NCBI GenBank assembly: GCA_050084985.1
Contig: JBITNC010000001.1
Span: 160,332,001-160,396,000 of the forward strand
Length of the DNA: 64,000 bases
From: Nageia nagi
Taxonomy: Eukaryota > Plantae > Pinophyta
Direction: 5' to 3'
Of this stretch, positions 11,146 to 25,564 are shown one piece after another. The position numbers and the translations under genes are program-made. The first letter of the stretch is position 1, and each line of letters begins with the position of its first letter. The notes beneath the pieces were generated by a model. That model saw only the letters and a program-made list of their open reading frames with translations. It was not told where the DNA came from and did no database searches.

Positions 11146-14100
11146 TGAACATGAAAAAAGAGCATTCGATGTAATGTTGGAAGAGTAATAAGATTGATGG
11201 AAGGTAGAGGAATAAAAAAGACATTAATAGATAGATTGGACTCATGTTGGGGTTGAAGAGGACTTGATCCATGGTTGGATTGTGTTACATGTGCAAGAGT
11301 TGAAGTTGTTGTGTGCAATGGATCCAAACAACTATATTAAGAATGAAAAAATTCTTGTTGGTCGAATTGATTTGTATCAAGAAAGAATTGAAGTACATAT
11401 TCTAATAGATATGAGTAGCTAGAATCATCTCTGATTGTACAATAAAATGAATCATCAAGGGGTGGAGGATAAAACCACTACTCAAGTTGAAATAGTCTTG
11501 ATGAAATGTTGTTTGATACTAAAGATAAATTAGACCAATTAGGACTACAACCTCTCACAACTAAAAGTAAGGAAGGATGTATATTCGAAAGATGATCTTG
11601 AAAATAACATTTTTTTAACAAATTAGGATTTTTTTTTTGGAAATTCAAATTGTTGTAAAGGGTAGAAGAAGTACTTCAATGTAAAATCATGAAACAAATA
11701 TTATGATCTTATCATGTATGAGGAAATTTTGTAAGGAAACGAGCCCACCTGTTCATTAGGTTCATTTAGAAATGTCATTATCAAATAACCATAACTTCTA
11801 CATTAGAATTTCATTTCTCTTATCATTTGAACTATTGGAAAGAGGAGAAAGATATATTTGATGCCACAAATTGAAATTTATAGTTTGGAAGAATGTCATA
11901 GTTTTAAAATTTTGTAATCTTCATGCACTTATAAAATAATGATATTCAAGGAAGGGGAGTATTATTTTTACTTTTATTCTAATTTCATTTTTGGTTGAAG
12001 ATTCTATTTACTCTATAATGTATGTATTTTATTCATAGAGTGGAATTACATGTGATAACCATATGAATGTATGGGAATATTAGAAAGCATAAGGTTGAAT
12101 GAAAGAGGAAAAACACCAAGAAAGGATCAAATATGAATGCAATGGATCAAGTGAATTGAATATAAAGGAAGTATGAAGATATTTCTCAGAAAACCAAAGG
12201 AGTAAAATTATTTCATATCAAATTGGTTCAAGACTTGATCAACAATTTAGAGGTGAAGATCATCAATTTTCAAGATGTTAATACAAATATCCTAGTTTTA
12301 TGATATGTATTGTATCACATCCCTTCAATGTCACACTTGGTACCCCATTCCCTCTTCACCTTGCTCTAATTCCTCATTAAGTTCTCAAATCCATATATTC
12401 AATATCATAAATAAACATGTTCAGTTTGACTGGTCTCCATGAGCAATGTTAAGCCGAGGAGGTAAAGTTTTTTGGTGAAATAGATCTAGATATTCTTAGG
12501 TAATGCGATTTGAGTTATGGGTATTATTACTTAGTTTGGTTTTTTACTAGGTTTTGAAGATAATGGGGTTTCATGTAGGGCGTGCACTTAAATTTGCATT
12601 ATTTTTTAGTATAAAGATGAAATTGTATCAGTTCTCCACATAAGGGAATTCAAAATACAAATACCTCTATGCCATATCAACATACACTCATTAGTCTTTG
12701 TTAATATTGGTATTTTTTAGTTTGTAAACTTCTTTCATATGTTAGTAAGGGAGGTTTGTATTTCATCATCAATGAGTTCAAGTACTTCTATCTAGTTCTC
12801 ATCACCAATGTTGCTAGAGTAGGGAATATCATTTAATGGGATTTCTACATCCTCCAATAGAGTATAGAGGCTGTAAGAGAAACAAGATAGTTTGTCTTTA
12901 TTATCTCTTTTATTAATTTCTATCCTACATCCTTGTTACTTTAATATATGAATCCTCTCCTATTTTTCTTGGTTTATATTTCTATCTATAGAGGTGGGGT
13001 GGGGAAGACCAAACTTCCCTCCTTTATTCCTATATAAGTATTATAGGTTTTTACTTATTTGAGGTATTTTGCATTTAGTTAAATGTTTATCAAATTTTAA
13101 TGTTGTTTGGATATCGATTTCATGGATTATCCATGTATAAAATTAAAGTTTGGAGATATGAATTTTTTCATGGTTTCTTTTAACATACAATTATGGCTAT
13201 CACTTTTTGATATTATTTTGGTGGTTTCACATTCATTATTTTTCATGCATGTGGAGCCATGCTATTTTCATCATGTTGGTAAGAATGTCTCAATAATTAC
13301 ATGATCTCTAATATGTTTAGACATCACTTCAAATAGCACCAAAATGCAGCTTAGGCTCCTTATGAGGTTAGTAATTATCCATCAGCTTCAGTAGGAGACA
13401 TAGTAAAATTCATATTATTAGTAAAAATTAAGTACATTTACTAATAAAAAAATCAATAAAGGTAGTGTGCAAAATTTTGACACAATTTCATCGATTCTAA
13501 TGTGGGTAAAAATAAAAGCTAAAATCTACAACTTTTACCAACATGAGGCATAATTTCCAATGATAAAGAAGGTATGGATATCCATCAAAGAGCAATTGAA
13601 AAGGATTTTCATTCAAACATTATGGGCACATGCCCTAAAGAACATATTTATTGTGTTTGAAATCATATCATATAGATAATGTATACTAAATAAATGTTTA
13701 AGGATAGAGAATAGTTCAGAATTATTTTTCATCAAATATTACAACTTTGAGTACATTGATAAATATGTGTTATGTGTCTTATGATGTGTGAAAACCTTAA
13801 GGCCTTTTTAGTAGATACAATTATGTGATGTAACTTTATGCACTTGCATGTGATACATTTCTCTATCTCTTCCACTATGTATTCTTGCTTATAAGATTCT
13901 TCATAGAATGGACACTATTGTACTTTCTTATGGGATTCTTCATGGAATGGACACTATTGCATTAGACGATGGTATAACTTATCAATTATATTATTAAGTA
14001 TTTAGAGGTTTTTATGTGTAGATATGTTTATGACTACCCTTGCATGGAATTTGTGGATGAATTTAAGGACAACTTGTGAAGAAGGTGACTGTCGCATTAA

Positions 14101-14155
14101 TTTCCTCTATATATGATCCATAAGAAGGAATTTTTCCTTCTTGATCTCCTCTTCT
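11146..14155 (-). repeat. Segmental duplicate arm, inverted copy of ~21710-24430
   Basis: Continuous reverse-complement similarity with indels. Examples: aagagtaataagattgatggaaggtagaggaataaaaa (11181) with 24357-24394; aataacaaggatgtaggatagaaattaataaaagaga (22931) with 12905-12941; ggaatttttccttcttgat (14127) with 21713-21731. Confidence 0.9.
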
Positions 14156-14592
14156 TGTTAGAATTTGTAATGTTGTGTAATATTTCTCCTTAATGTAAAT
14201 TCACTTAATACTTAAAGTATTATTAGATACCTTAAAGTATTAATGTAATTAAAAATAAGTATGAGATTAAAAATAGAAAAGGGATTAATTATAGAGTGGA
14301 TTTCTTCTTATAAAAAGAGAATAACCCTCCCTTTCTGGAGTTACAAAATTGTAATGTAAGATTTACTATAGTTTTAGAGTCTATGAGATAGAGAAGAGAT
14401 TTGGTAAGAGAGATCATTGAGAATAAAAAGATCTTAGTTAGTAGACGTACTCCCAAGGAGGAAGGAACCACTTTATATCTTGTGTTATTTGTGAGATTAG
14501 CTTGAGTTATTAGGCTATTGTGTTGATGTTGAAAGTATGTTCTTGAGATCTTTGTAGAGTAAAAGTTAAGTCATAGAGAGTTAATTTCTTCA
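14156..14592 (+). mobile_element. 5' LTR of Ty1/copia element (437 bp, TG...CA)
   Basis: Begins TGTTAGAATTTG and ends TTCTTCA. It is followed directly by a PBS, and is the reverse-complement partner of the LTR at 30124-30566 (roughly 85-90% by eye). Confidence 0.9.
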
Positions 14593-14594
14593 AG

Positions 14595-14606
14595 TGGTAT
14601 CAAAGC
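14595..14606 (+). other. Primer-binding site (tRNA-iMet)
   Basis: TGGTATCAAAGC, 2 nt after the LTR CA and one mismatch from TGGTATCAGAGC. Confidence 0.85.
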
Positions 14607-15172
14607 TTTTCTTGGAAGCTCCTCTTTAGCATCTTGAAATTCCATTTATCTTTTTTTTTCCATCTAATTTTGTGAGGTAAAATGATCTTAAAGGTATAAT
14701 TATCCTCTTACCTTGTTTATTTTCAAATTTTGTTGTATTACTAACCATTTTGGTTCCTTGATTATCAAGTTTAAGTTTAGCAAAATTTGATTATAGTAGA
14801 TAATACATAGTTGTTATACTAACATGTTAGTTTAATCTAGTATTATTGCTATGAATTATCTTAGTTTGTTAAGCTACAAATTTTTAAGTAAAATTTCCTA
14901 ATGTGTAACAATAATATGCAAGTTTTGAGTGAATTTGCTTAAATTTAGCAATAATAAATTATTGTAGCTTAAAATTATAAATTTCTACTTAGTGTAGAAT
15001 TGGACAAAATCTTTGCAAAGTTTTTTTACTATATTGTTATCATTGCAAATTTTTTTACTATGCTAATATATGCTTGTTAAAATATATTCAATTTTTTTTA
15101 TAAAATTGCATTTTTATTGTCTTTATAAAACTATATTTTTAAAGTTTTTATAAAACTATATTTTTTTATAGT

Positions 15173-15292
<120 letters not shown>

Positions 15293-15329
15293 CTATTTTT
15301 ACAATTTTTTTATATATAATTTTTTATTT

Positions 15330-17490
15330 GTAAAAGACATACACTAGGAAACTGAAATAATCACGTATTATGGTGTTATTAGGAAAGTCATTTTATTGAA
15401 TTTCTTATGGTGGGACTACCCCTTATTCAAATGTGATTGGGTGAATGTTCTCTATAATAAGATTGGAATTAATATTGATGAAATGGGATACATAATAGTT
15501 AAAATGAATAGATTATAACATGAGGATAGACTATAAGATGATCCATGTCTTCTAGCATCACAAGGAAAATAAGTTTTTTTTATATATAAGATTTAATTGA
15601 AATAAGTTGGTATGTGGCTCTCATATCACCTTCAAAAAGGGATTAAATAATAACATAAATAATGAAATTGCTTAAGATGATAACACAAATAATGAAATTG
15701 CTTAAGATGGATATCTTTAGAGGAAAATATTTTTTGAACTTGAAATTGCTTAAGATGATAACACAAATAATGAAAACATTGAATATGTACATAAGGATAT
15801 TGTGAGTACATTTTTGAAAGTATGATTACTAGCTTGGATCCTTGCATAAACAAAAGAAAGGTAGTGTTTGGAAAACTTACCATTTGTAGATTGGTTTTTG
15901 ATGCTCTGAATGTTTTTGGGTTACACAATTGCTTTAATTCTCCACAACAATTTTTGATCATAAAGTGTATTTAAAATATGTCATCTCATATATCATCATT
16001 TAAATATAAGCACATTAAGATTCAAATTATATGGTCAAATAATCTAAACATGCTCTACATATTTAGTTATGCTCAAACATTTATAATATGTTTTTCATAA
16101 TATATTTATAAAAATATTTTGATATATGTCATGCATTGAAGGAGCCCATAACTGGTTCCATTATTTTCATCTAATCATTCTATATATACAAAATGGTATA
16201 CACTTGGTAACCACATGTTTTTTCTATATTTTATTAGCATATTTTTTTCAACTTACCACTTTTAGACTAGTTTTAAACACTTGGAAAACTTTTGGCTTGA
16301 ATAGTTGGTTTCTTTATCCAAGCCAATTTTTGGATCATATGGTGTATTTAAATAATTTCATATCATATGTCATAATTTATTTGTAAAAATATTTTGATAT
16401 AAACTATGTAGTGAAGGAGCCCACAACATGTTCCACTATTTTTCATCTAATCCTTCTATGGTATGGTCTTGTTAACCTCATATGTTTTTGTGTTTAGCTT
16501 GCATTTGCCAACTTACAAATTTTGGACTTATTTATGGATATTTTGGTAGTGAAGTTTAAAGCTTCCTTAAGATAGCATGCATGGATAAGAAGGTAAAAGA
16601 TGCATGTATAATGATGAATCCTATGATTGCAAGATATGTACAAAATGAAAGATTTTATAGACTCTTAAGCAGATGTATTTGTCAAGTATAAAACTAGCTA
16701 CATGATGAAACATAAAGTATCAAAAAAAAATATAAAAATTGTAAGGTGACAAAAATATGTTTGTAATACTTAACTGTTCAACCAAGAAATATAAATGCTA
16801 TGTATTTTTACCTCCATTAAAAAGGTTGGGTGTCTTTCCCCATGGATAACATATTCAAACCATTATGAATTAGATAAGTTAAGGATACCTACCTTTACAA
16901 GCTCTTAGTAGATTTATCACCACTAAGCTTCAACATTGTTCATTAATGTTACCACACAACCAAATTATATGCTTCATATCATTTCATATAATTGTATATA
17001 TGGTGCATTTGGATCATTTTAGTTGATCCACTAATGAATAACTCAAGTATTTTCATACTCATCTCCTCAAAGATGAGAGGATTTTTGTCCTCGAGACCTC
17101 TCTTGTATGTTTTTTTTCCATAAGAGGAATTTGAAGAAAATCCAAAGAGAAATTAATTCTAATCCAAGCATATCCTACAAATTTGACTCTCTTTGCCTTT
17201 ATAAAAGGCATCCAATCATGAAGTTGTTGCCCAATCCAACCTAGAAATTCTAATTCCTTGTTGGAATATAAATTACCAATTACTTCATTACAAGGGGTAT
17301 CCCACCTTTGGATCACAAATTAAATCTGTAACAAAAAAAAAAAAATTTTAAATATCCTTTCAAAATAATAAAATAGTCATATTTTACTCAAATTACTCAT
17401 AATTGCCCTTAAAAGAGGGACATTCCATCTTGGAATACTCAATTACATATTTTTACACCCAATTTAAGAAATACATCAACATAAGGATAC
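15330..17490 (+). mobile_element. 3' part of a CACTA element (DUF4216 end of Tnp2 plus downstream arm), inverted copy of 41540-43670
   Basis: YYGVIRKVILLNFLWWDYPLFKCDWVN..IGINIDEMGYIIV..DDPCLLASQ at ~15367-15565. The downstream sequence matches the reverse complement of 41540-43400. Confidence 0.85.
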
Positions 17491-18239
17491 AGTAATATTA
17501 AATACATAAAAATACTTTAAATATATTTTAGTTTGTTTTAGAATTTATAATATATATTTAACTATAAAATTTATACTATAATTTCTATTAAAATTTATAT
17601 TAAAATGTATAATTTATTTATTTATTATTATTTTAGAAAAGGCATGTTATCCTTGGAAGGTGGAATTAGAGCAAATGTTATTTGTATTATACATATTTGG
17701 CTGATGAGTATTAGGAAGGTGATTCTCCACATGGCAATCTTTTGTCTCCCCCCACCTAGATGTGGATATGTCTCCCCATCTAAATGTGGAATCAATGCAA
17801 TGCACATCTCTCTATTTGTATATATCTCCAGTCTCCACATTCTGCATAGACCTGAGGATCAGTGATGGCATATCCTTATCTCATAGAACTTGAATATCAT
17901 CACAAAGTTGAACCATCATATGGATGAGTTATTGTGATTGATGATTAGAGAGTAAGCATTAGCTATCTGTGTTATTCTAATGTGCACTAGTGTTTTGGCC
18001 CTACCAATACGATAAGGGGTTGCAATCATGCTTGATTGAATTTTAATGAATAAGGGTCTATATGGTGTCATAAAACTACCTATGATCCCCTCACTACTAC
18101 TAATTGTTCCATTATTACTCAAGGGATGTGACTAGTTTTAGAGATGATGCTCTAGTGCTCGTAGGGAAGAGAGGTTCAGATATATAAGAGATGAAGTATG
18201 TAGTATGTGAGCTATGAATATTTTTATCAATTAAGAGCA

Positions 18240-18560
18240 ATTGAAAATGGTTTTGCATAGAATCAAGAATTTTTTCATAATATGCATGATACAAACATAG
18301 TTTCATGGAATGCAATGATCAAAGGATATTCACACAATTGGTTTTTTGAGAAGGATCAAAGACTTTAAAGCAAATGCAATTGTCAAGAGTAGAGTCACAC
18401 TTGCAATCATTTGCACTTAGATAGGCATAATGCCAAATTTTTATAATTATTTGATTAAATGCCTCATCAAAATGAAGTCTCATGAACTACAATTATTGCA
18501 GGATATGCACAAAATGGGTTTGAGAAGACCTTAGAGATATTTAAGTAAATGCTTCTATTA
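18240..18560 (+). pseudogene. PLS-class PPR gene fragments
   Basis: ESRIFS..MHDTNIVSWNAMIKGYSHN..TLKQMQL and MPHQNEVS*TTIIAGYAQNGFEKTLEIFK*M. A similar short piece lies at ~19680-19790. Confidence 0.75.
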
Positions 18561-20094
18561 GTTGTGCTTCCCAATTCTTTGATAGGCCTCAAATCTCTTA
18601 TTTGATCCATAATGTAGAGGGAGAGGAGGACATGGAGTCTATTGTTCCCTATTTTCTAGGTTGGGTTGGTTATTTCATTTTTGGGTATGTCTTTACAATA
18701 ACATGAATTTATTTTTGAATCTTGATCTTGTTGTAATGCTTTAAGCTCTTGTTGGAGAACATTCAAAAAGTTAGTTGTATTCCAGTCAATTGTGCTATTG
18801 AAACAAAGTTGGGTCTCCTCATGGAGGGAGGAATGTGTCTCATTTTCCCTCTCTTATAACCTTTCTAGAATTTGTTATTGTTCTTTTATTTGAAACGATA
18901 ATAATAGGAAAATAAGCATAACATATTTCCATTTTATTTTATTTTATAATTAAAAGCGTAAGTTTTAATTATATGAATAATAATTAGATGTAAATAAAAG
19001 AATTTGAAAAAATTATGTTTTTATTTTGAAATTGTAAATAAAAATATATAAATAAATTATTCAATTTAATTAGAATATTTTCAAATAAAAAAAATAAGAA
19101 GATTTTATTTATGTTAAATTAAATAATGGAATGTGAAAGAATTATATTTTTATTTAGCAATCGTAAATAAGAATATATAAATAAATTATTTAACTTAATT
19201 AAAATATTTCTAAAAAAAATAAAATAAGAATACATCAACTTGCACCTCCCTCTTAGGTGCAAGTATATGAAATGAAGATTGCTATACTTTTCAGTTTGTA
19301 GTAACATGCTTAGTTGTTAAATGATTTGGTACATTATATAATGTTGTTGTAGCTATTGTTGAACATGTCTTTCTAAATCTTGGCTTTTAGCATAGACATA
19401 GCTCCTTGTTTGCTATGCAATTTAGAATTGTTTGTAAAAAGATTTATATTCACCTTAAGGGTTCATTCCTATGTATCAAAATATTCCAAGTTAATTCTAT
19501 TATTTAGCCTATCACACATTTATTGTAAACACTTAAAATCAATTCAATTGTAATCTTTCAAAAATGCCTTTTATCTTAATTGAATTCAATGTGGTAAACC
19601 TTTTCATAACTTGATCAGTAATCCAGTGTGTGGAGTGAGGTAATGACTTTATGAGTTTAAGTTTTTTATCAAACAATTCTTGTATCTTTTGTATGCAATG
19701 GTCATAGGATATGCACTAAATGAACATGTTGAAAGGGTCGATGAATAATTTGATAAGATGCATGATGTAGACAATTACAACTAATAAATATTGTCAATGA
19801 CAGATAAAGATTCAATATTGGTTAGTGCCTATCAAAGAATTTTATTTGAGCAATGTTAATTTGAGAAAAAAGCTCAAAGAGGGAACGCTTAATGGCATAA
19901 AGTTCTTGAGCCAATCCATTGAACACGATGAATCTTGAGTTTGAAGCAATGGATGATTGATATGGTTTCAATCACAAATAGTTATTGTACACATTTGCAA
20001 ATTGTAGGATGTAAATTTGAAGCTCAAAACTCCAAAGAGGGAATGCCTAATGGCGTAACAAGAACAATAAAAAATAAAAATTAAATTAACAATT

Positions 20095-20205
20095 ATAATA
20101 ATACTAAATAAAATAATAATAATAATACTAATTATTATTATTATTATTATTATTATTATAACAATTACATATATATTAAAATAAATAATAATAATAATAA
20201 CTATT
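20095..20205. repeat. (AAT)n/(ATT)n trinucleotide low-complexity tract
   Basis: About 10 ATT units at ~20130-20160, flanked by AAT runs. Confidence 0.85.
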
Positions 20206-20439
20206 AAAAAATATAACTCTCTCCATGGAATGGTTTCTCTGCACAACATGATAGTTCTTGTTGCTTTTGATTTTTTACATTTTTCATGGAATGGTTTCTT
20301 GGTTCTCTGCATAATATGATATTGATGGTTTTTTGTATCCTCTTCATGGATAAATTAATCCTCAATGGTATGGTTTTAGTATGGTACACATCATTGTGGT
20401 TTTGAGCACCCTAATATACATGTATTGAAAGAATACATA

Positions 20440-21265
20440 ATGCCCAAGAATAGGTTGACAAAATACCTCAATGAAATGCAGTTTCATGGACTACAATGAT
20501 CACAAAATATATAAAATGATGGATCTTTCATAAAGGATTTAAAGACTTTTAAACAAATATAATTATCACATGTAAATGCAAACTCTGAAACCTTTGACAA
20601 AAATATTCCAACATGTTCTATTATCAGAGCTTTAGAAGAAGGTATGGACATCCATAAAAGAGTAGATGAAAAAGTTTTTTCATGGAATATTGTTGTTGTG
20701 AAACCTAAAGAATTATTTTATGATATGCATGATGGAAACATAGTTTTATAGACTACAGTGATCATAGGATATGCACAAAATGGATTTTCTAAAAAGGTTG
20801 TAGATACTTTTAAGTGTATAAAATTATCAAGTATAAAGCCAAACTTTGTAACATTTACCAACATTCTTCTAACATGTGCCACTATGGGAGCTCTAAAATA
20901 AGGTATGATCATACATCAAAGAGTACATGAAAATATGACATTATTTATTAAGATGCATGATGTAATTATCAAGTATAAAGTAAAACTCTGTAACCTTCCC
21001 CAACACTATACTAGCATGTGCCACCATGAGAACTTTAGAATAAGGTATGGAAATCCATCAAGGATATTTGAAAATGATTTTTCATCAAATATGTTTGCTT
21101 TAAATAGGGAAATGGGATGATGTTCAAAGATTTATGCTAAAGTATAAGTAGATTAGATTAAAGTTAACAAAAGGGTACATGTCTTTCATGTAAGAGATAA
21201 ATCATACCCATAAATGAAGAAGATCTTTCAAAAGTTAGAAAAATATCAAGTAAGATGAAGGCACT
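20440..21265 (+). pseudogene. Internally deleted PLS-E+ PPR pseudogene (copy A)
   Basis: VSWTTMIT..FKQI*LSHVNANSETF..GMDIHKR; IIGYAQNGFSKK..KPNFVTFTNILLTCATMGALK*GMIIHQ; E/E+ end IKVNKRVHVFHVRDKSYP*MKKIFQKLEK. Confidence 0.8.
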
Positions 21266-24200
21266 TGAGCTAAAGAGCTTTTGAGTTATATTTCATTTTT
21301 GGTTAACTACAAGTCATGTTAACTTCTATGGACATTCAATTTGCCCTCTTCACCTCCACTACCTCACTCAAGTCCTTCTTAACTCAAGGATGATGATATG
21401 ATATTGAAGTTGCCCATGAATACTTATTAATGCAAGCACGATGATATTTTAAAAGTATCAATCTATTTTTGGATCTCATATGGGTGATAATGGGGTTGGC
21501 AATTTGTAAATCCTAAGTAGGTATATGCATTCTTGAAGAGAGAAATAGTGGGTCTAGTTTATTTGTTCCCTATTCCTATGGCCTCCCTTCTCTCTTTCAA
21601 ACATGCTTTCTTTGTAGAATGTGAAAATTGACAACTGATTTGCTGTAGGGTTGATGAAGGGGATGATGGTCACATTCTTTATGTAAGAGAAGAGATCCAT
21701 AACAAATAAGAAATCAAGAAGGAAAAATTCCACCTTGTGGAGCATGCATAGGGTGAATTCATGCGATGATTACCTTATTCACAAGGTGCCTTAAATCCAT
21801 TCACCAAGTCCATGCAAGGGTAGTCACAAAGATATCTATTTACAAAATCAATTAAGCCACTAAACAAATATATAGATTTGTAAATATTAGAAATCTAAAG
21901 ACTTAATAATATAATTAATAAATTATACCATGATCTAATGCAATAGTTTCCAATATGTGAAGAATCTCATAAGAAAATGCAATAGCATCCATTCCATGAA
22001 GAATTTTGTAAGCAAGAATAAATAGTGCGAGATAGATAAATGCATCACATGCAACTGGACAAGGTTGTACATCACATAATTGCATCTACTAAAAAGCCCC
22101 TAAGACCTGTATAGATCATAAAATACATAATACATATTTATCAACATACTCACAATTATAACATTTGATAAAAAATAAATTTCAACTATTCTATATTCTT
22201 AAATGTCTCTTTTGTGTACATTATCTATCCTACATGATTACAAATACAAAAAACATGTCTATTGGAGCATGCAACCATAATGTTTGAATGAAAATACTTT
22301 TCAACAACTCTTTGATGGATATCCATACCTTCTTTTTCATTGAAAATTATGCTTCATATTGGTAAAAATTGTAGATTTTTCCTTTTATTCCTACCCATAT
22401 TAAAATACATGAAATTATGTTTAAACCATCTGCACCACTTCTAGTGCTTTATTTATTGGTAAATTTACATTCTTTTACTAATAATATGATCTCTACTATG
22501 TCTCTTGGTACATAAATTGATGGATAATTGCTAGCCCTATAAGAAGACTAAGTTGCATGTTGGTGCTTTTTGTGGTGATGTCAAAACATCTTAGAAATCT
22601 TGTAATTATCAAGACATTCTTACCAACATGATGAAAAGAACATGTATCTACATGCATGAAAAATAATGATTATGAAACCACCAAAATTATATTAAAAACT
22701 AATAGCCATAATTGTATGGTAAAAGAACTCATGAAAAAACTCATATCTCCAAACTAGTATTTATAGAATAATAAAATTTGATAAACCTTTATCTAAATGC
22801 AAAATGCTTCAACCAAATAAAAATTATGTTACATATATAGGAATAAGGGAGGAAGGTCTGGTCTTCCCTACCCCACCTCTATGGATAAAAATCTAAACCA
22901 AGAAAAAATAGGAGAGGATCCATATATTAAAATAACAAGGATGTAGGATAGAAATTAATAAAAGAGAGATAATAAAGACCAAGTATTTTCTTTTGCTTAC
23001 AACCTTGACACTCTATTGGAGGATAAAGAAACCCCATTAAATGATATCCCTATTCCAACAACATTGATGATGAAAACCAAATTGATGTACCTAAACCCAT
23101 TAATGATGAAGCATAAACCTCCCTTTCTAACATAACAAACATGTTACTAAAATAAAAAATACTAACATTAACAAAGACTAATGAGTGTTTGTTGAGATAG
23201 TAGAGAGGTATTTATGTTCCAAATTACCTTATGTTGAGAATTGATACAATGTCAGCTTTATACTCAACAAATAACATAAACTAAAATTTACCCCCTATAT
23301 GAAACCCAATTATCTTGAAAACCAGTAAAAACCCAAAATAAGTAATAATACCCATAACTCAAATCATATTACCTAAGAATATCAAAAACTAAATCATTAA
23401 ATACTTTTACCTTTTGGCATAACATTGCTCATAGCAATCAATCAAATTGCATCAATTTGCTTATAATATTGAACATATACATTTGAGAACTTGATGAGAA
23501 AGCAAAGTAAGGTGAAGAGGGAGGGGGTGCCAAGTGTGATGTTGAAGGGATGTGATACAAGGCATATCATAAAACTAGGATATTTATATTTATATCGATC
23601 TTCATCTCTAAATTATTGATGAAGTATTGACCTTATTTGATATGGAACAATTTGACTCCTTTGGTTTTCTAAAAATCTCTTGATACTTCCTTTATATTCC
23701 ATTTACTTGATCCTTTCTTGGTGTCATTCCTCCTTCATTCGAACTTATGCTTTCGAATATTCACATGCATTCATATCATTATCACATGTATTTGTAGTCT
23801 ATGAATAAAACATGTACATTAGAAAGTAAATGGAATCTTCAACCAAAGATAAAATTGTAATAAAACTATAATAATACTCCCCTTCCTAAAATGCCATGAT
23901 TTCATAAGTGCATTAAGATTACAGAATTTTAGAACTATACTATCCTTTCAAACTACAAATTTTAAAATTCATGGCATTGAATATCTCTTTCTCCTCTTTC
24001 CTGTCATTTACTTGTGAGAGCTTGTAGTCCTAGTTTGTTGAATTTATCTTGAAAAGCAAACCACATTTCATCAAGTCTGTTTTAGTCTAACCAGTACTTT
24101 TATCCATCACACCTTGTTGATTCATTTTGTTGTACACTTAGAGACGATTCTAGCTACTCAAATCTACCTGAACATGCAATCCAACTCTTTCTTGATACAA

Positions 24201-24430
24201 ATTGATCCATCCAATAGGAACTTGTTCATTCTCAATATATATAGTTGGTTGGATCCATCCCATGCAACAACTTCAACTTTTATAAGTGTAACATGATCCA
24301 ACTATTGATCGAGTCCTCTTCAAACCTAATATGAATCCAACCAATCTATTGATATCCTTTTTATTCCTCTACCTTCCATCAATCTTATTACTCTTATAAC
24401 ATTACATTGGATGCTCATTTGTCACATTCA
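20520..24430 (+). repeat. Duplicated segment copy A, containing the empty (pre-insertion) copia site at ~21705-21712
   Basis: 20520-21710 is a direct copy of 28937-30123, and 21710-24430 is an inverted copy of 11146-14155. The two halves join here without an LTR. Confidence 0.85.
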
Positions 24431-25086
24431 AGAAAATCAAGTACTCCTTTGTCCAATTCATCCAAGTATTATCCTTGATTCCTTTCACTTTCATCAAATT
24501 TTAACATCATCCAAGCTTCCCACTTTAGCCCAAGAATTTGATAAGGTAAACAATATAAGATCTTACTCCAACAAGAGGAATGTAGCCATGGATTTCTCTA
24601 TTCTTGCATTCTTATATGATTTTAAAACACCATGGAAATATATCCAAAAACCCAATTCAAATTTTTTGATCATCTTAAGAATGAAGTTCAAAATTTTCTC
24701 AAGATAAATTACACATTCAACATATTCACAACTTAAAATAGTTCAAAGAAAATAATTACACACTACAATAATTATTTCAAAGTATATTAATTAATCTCAT
24801 TTTTAATATATTAAGAATTTATTGTCAAATTTATTCTTTCCTATTCCAAAAACAACTATTACTGCAAGCGAACCATTGCACAAGATTGCAATAACTAATA
24901 ATAATTTTTTGGGAAGGTGACTTTTGGCACCTCAAATCTGAGGAAGATAAAGTCTGCCTAAACTTTCCCCCTCGCTGGTGTTCAAGCAGAGATCTTTCCG
25001 CAAAAATCTCGGATATGATAGAGGAGTTCCAATCAAGACTTCCAGTGACTCCGTTTACACTCGTGATCTCAAAGAAAAGGTGTAGA

Positions 25087-25394
25087 CCGCGTAGTACGTT
25101 GTCATGTGATTTTTCTTTGGGAAATGACATGACGTTAGTGGGAAGGCTGCCTGCCCTTCGATTGGCACCATATTCTCGTTGTCTTCCACACTCGACTTTT
25201 GATCAACCCTAAGACCTGTTTATGAGTTGTGTACATCGAACGGCTGCTAGATACCCCGTACGATATGCTGTTCTACATGCAGTGCGATGCACAGAAGCCG
25301 TTTAACTCCAGTGCCTAAAACTAGCCTAGTTTTACTCTGTCCATTTGCTGCAACGCGGGCCAAAGGAAGTGGATGTGGTTAGCTGATCACGTCA
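25087..25394 (+). promoter_or_regulatory. Candidate stress/hormone cis-elements upstream of the SABATH gene
   Basis: CCGCGT at 25087-25092 and AACGCGG at 25352-25358 (CAMTA/RSRE-type vCGCGb); TGACG at 25130-25134; CACGTCA at 25388-25394 (bZIP G/C-box hybrid). Motif matches only. Confidence 0.4.
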
Positions 25395-25430
25395 TCTGCT
25401 TTCCATCACCTCTAAGATATCAAATACTAT

Positions 25431-25438
25431 TATAAATA
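25431..25438 (+). promoter_or_regulatory. TATA box of the SABATH gene
   Basis: TATAAATA starts 134 nt upstream of the ATG and is conserved in the paralog relic (9524-9517). Confidence 0.75.
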
Positions 25439-25564
25439 GTCTTCAAGCTATTGGCCCTGAATTAGGAGCCTTCAGTTCAGTCCTGTCCTTTCTTCCCTCA
25501 AAGAAGGAGTCAAGTTTCATATTATTGGTTCTAACTTCTAGCCATAGTAAGCCTGTTATTTTTA

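Noticed and set aside
14156-14592. Solo LTR
   Set aside because: It is followed by a PBS and leader, and its partner 3' LTR and TSD lie at 30124-30566.
19968-20312. 114-aa ORF with a poly-Ile, membrane-like stretch
   Set aside because: Product of the (AAT/ATT)n microsatellite; no coding signal.
24831-25212. ORFs 24831-25130 (-) and 25015-25212 (+) in the CG-rich island
   Set aside because: No recognisable domain; expected by chance in higher-GC promoter DNA.
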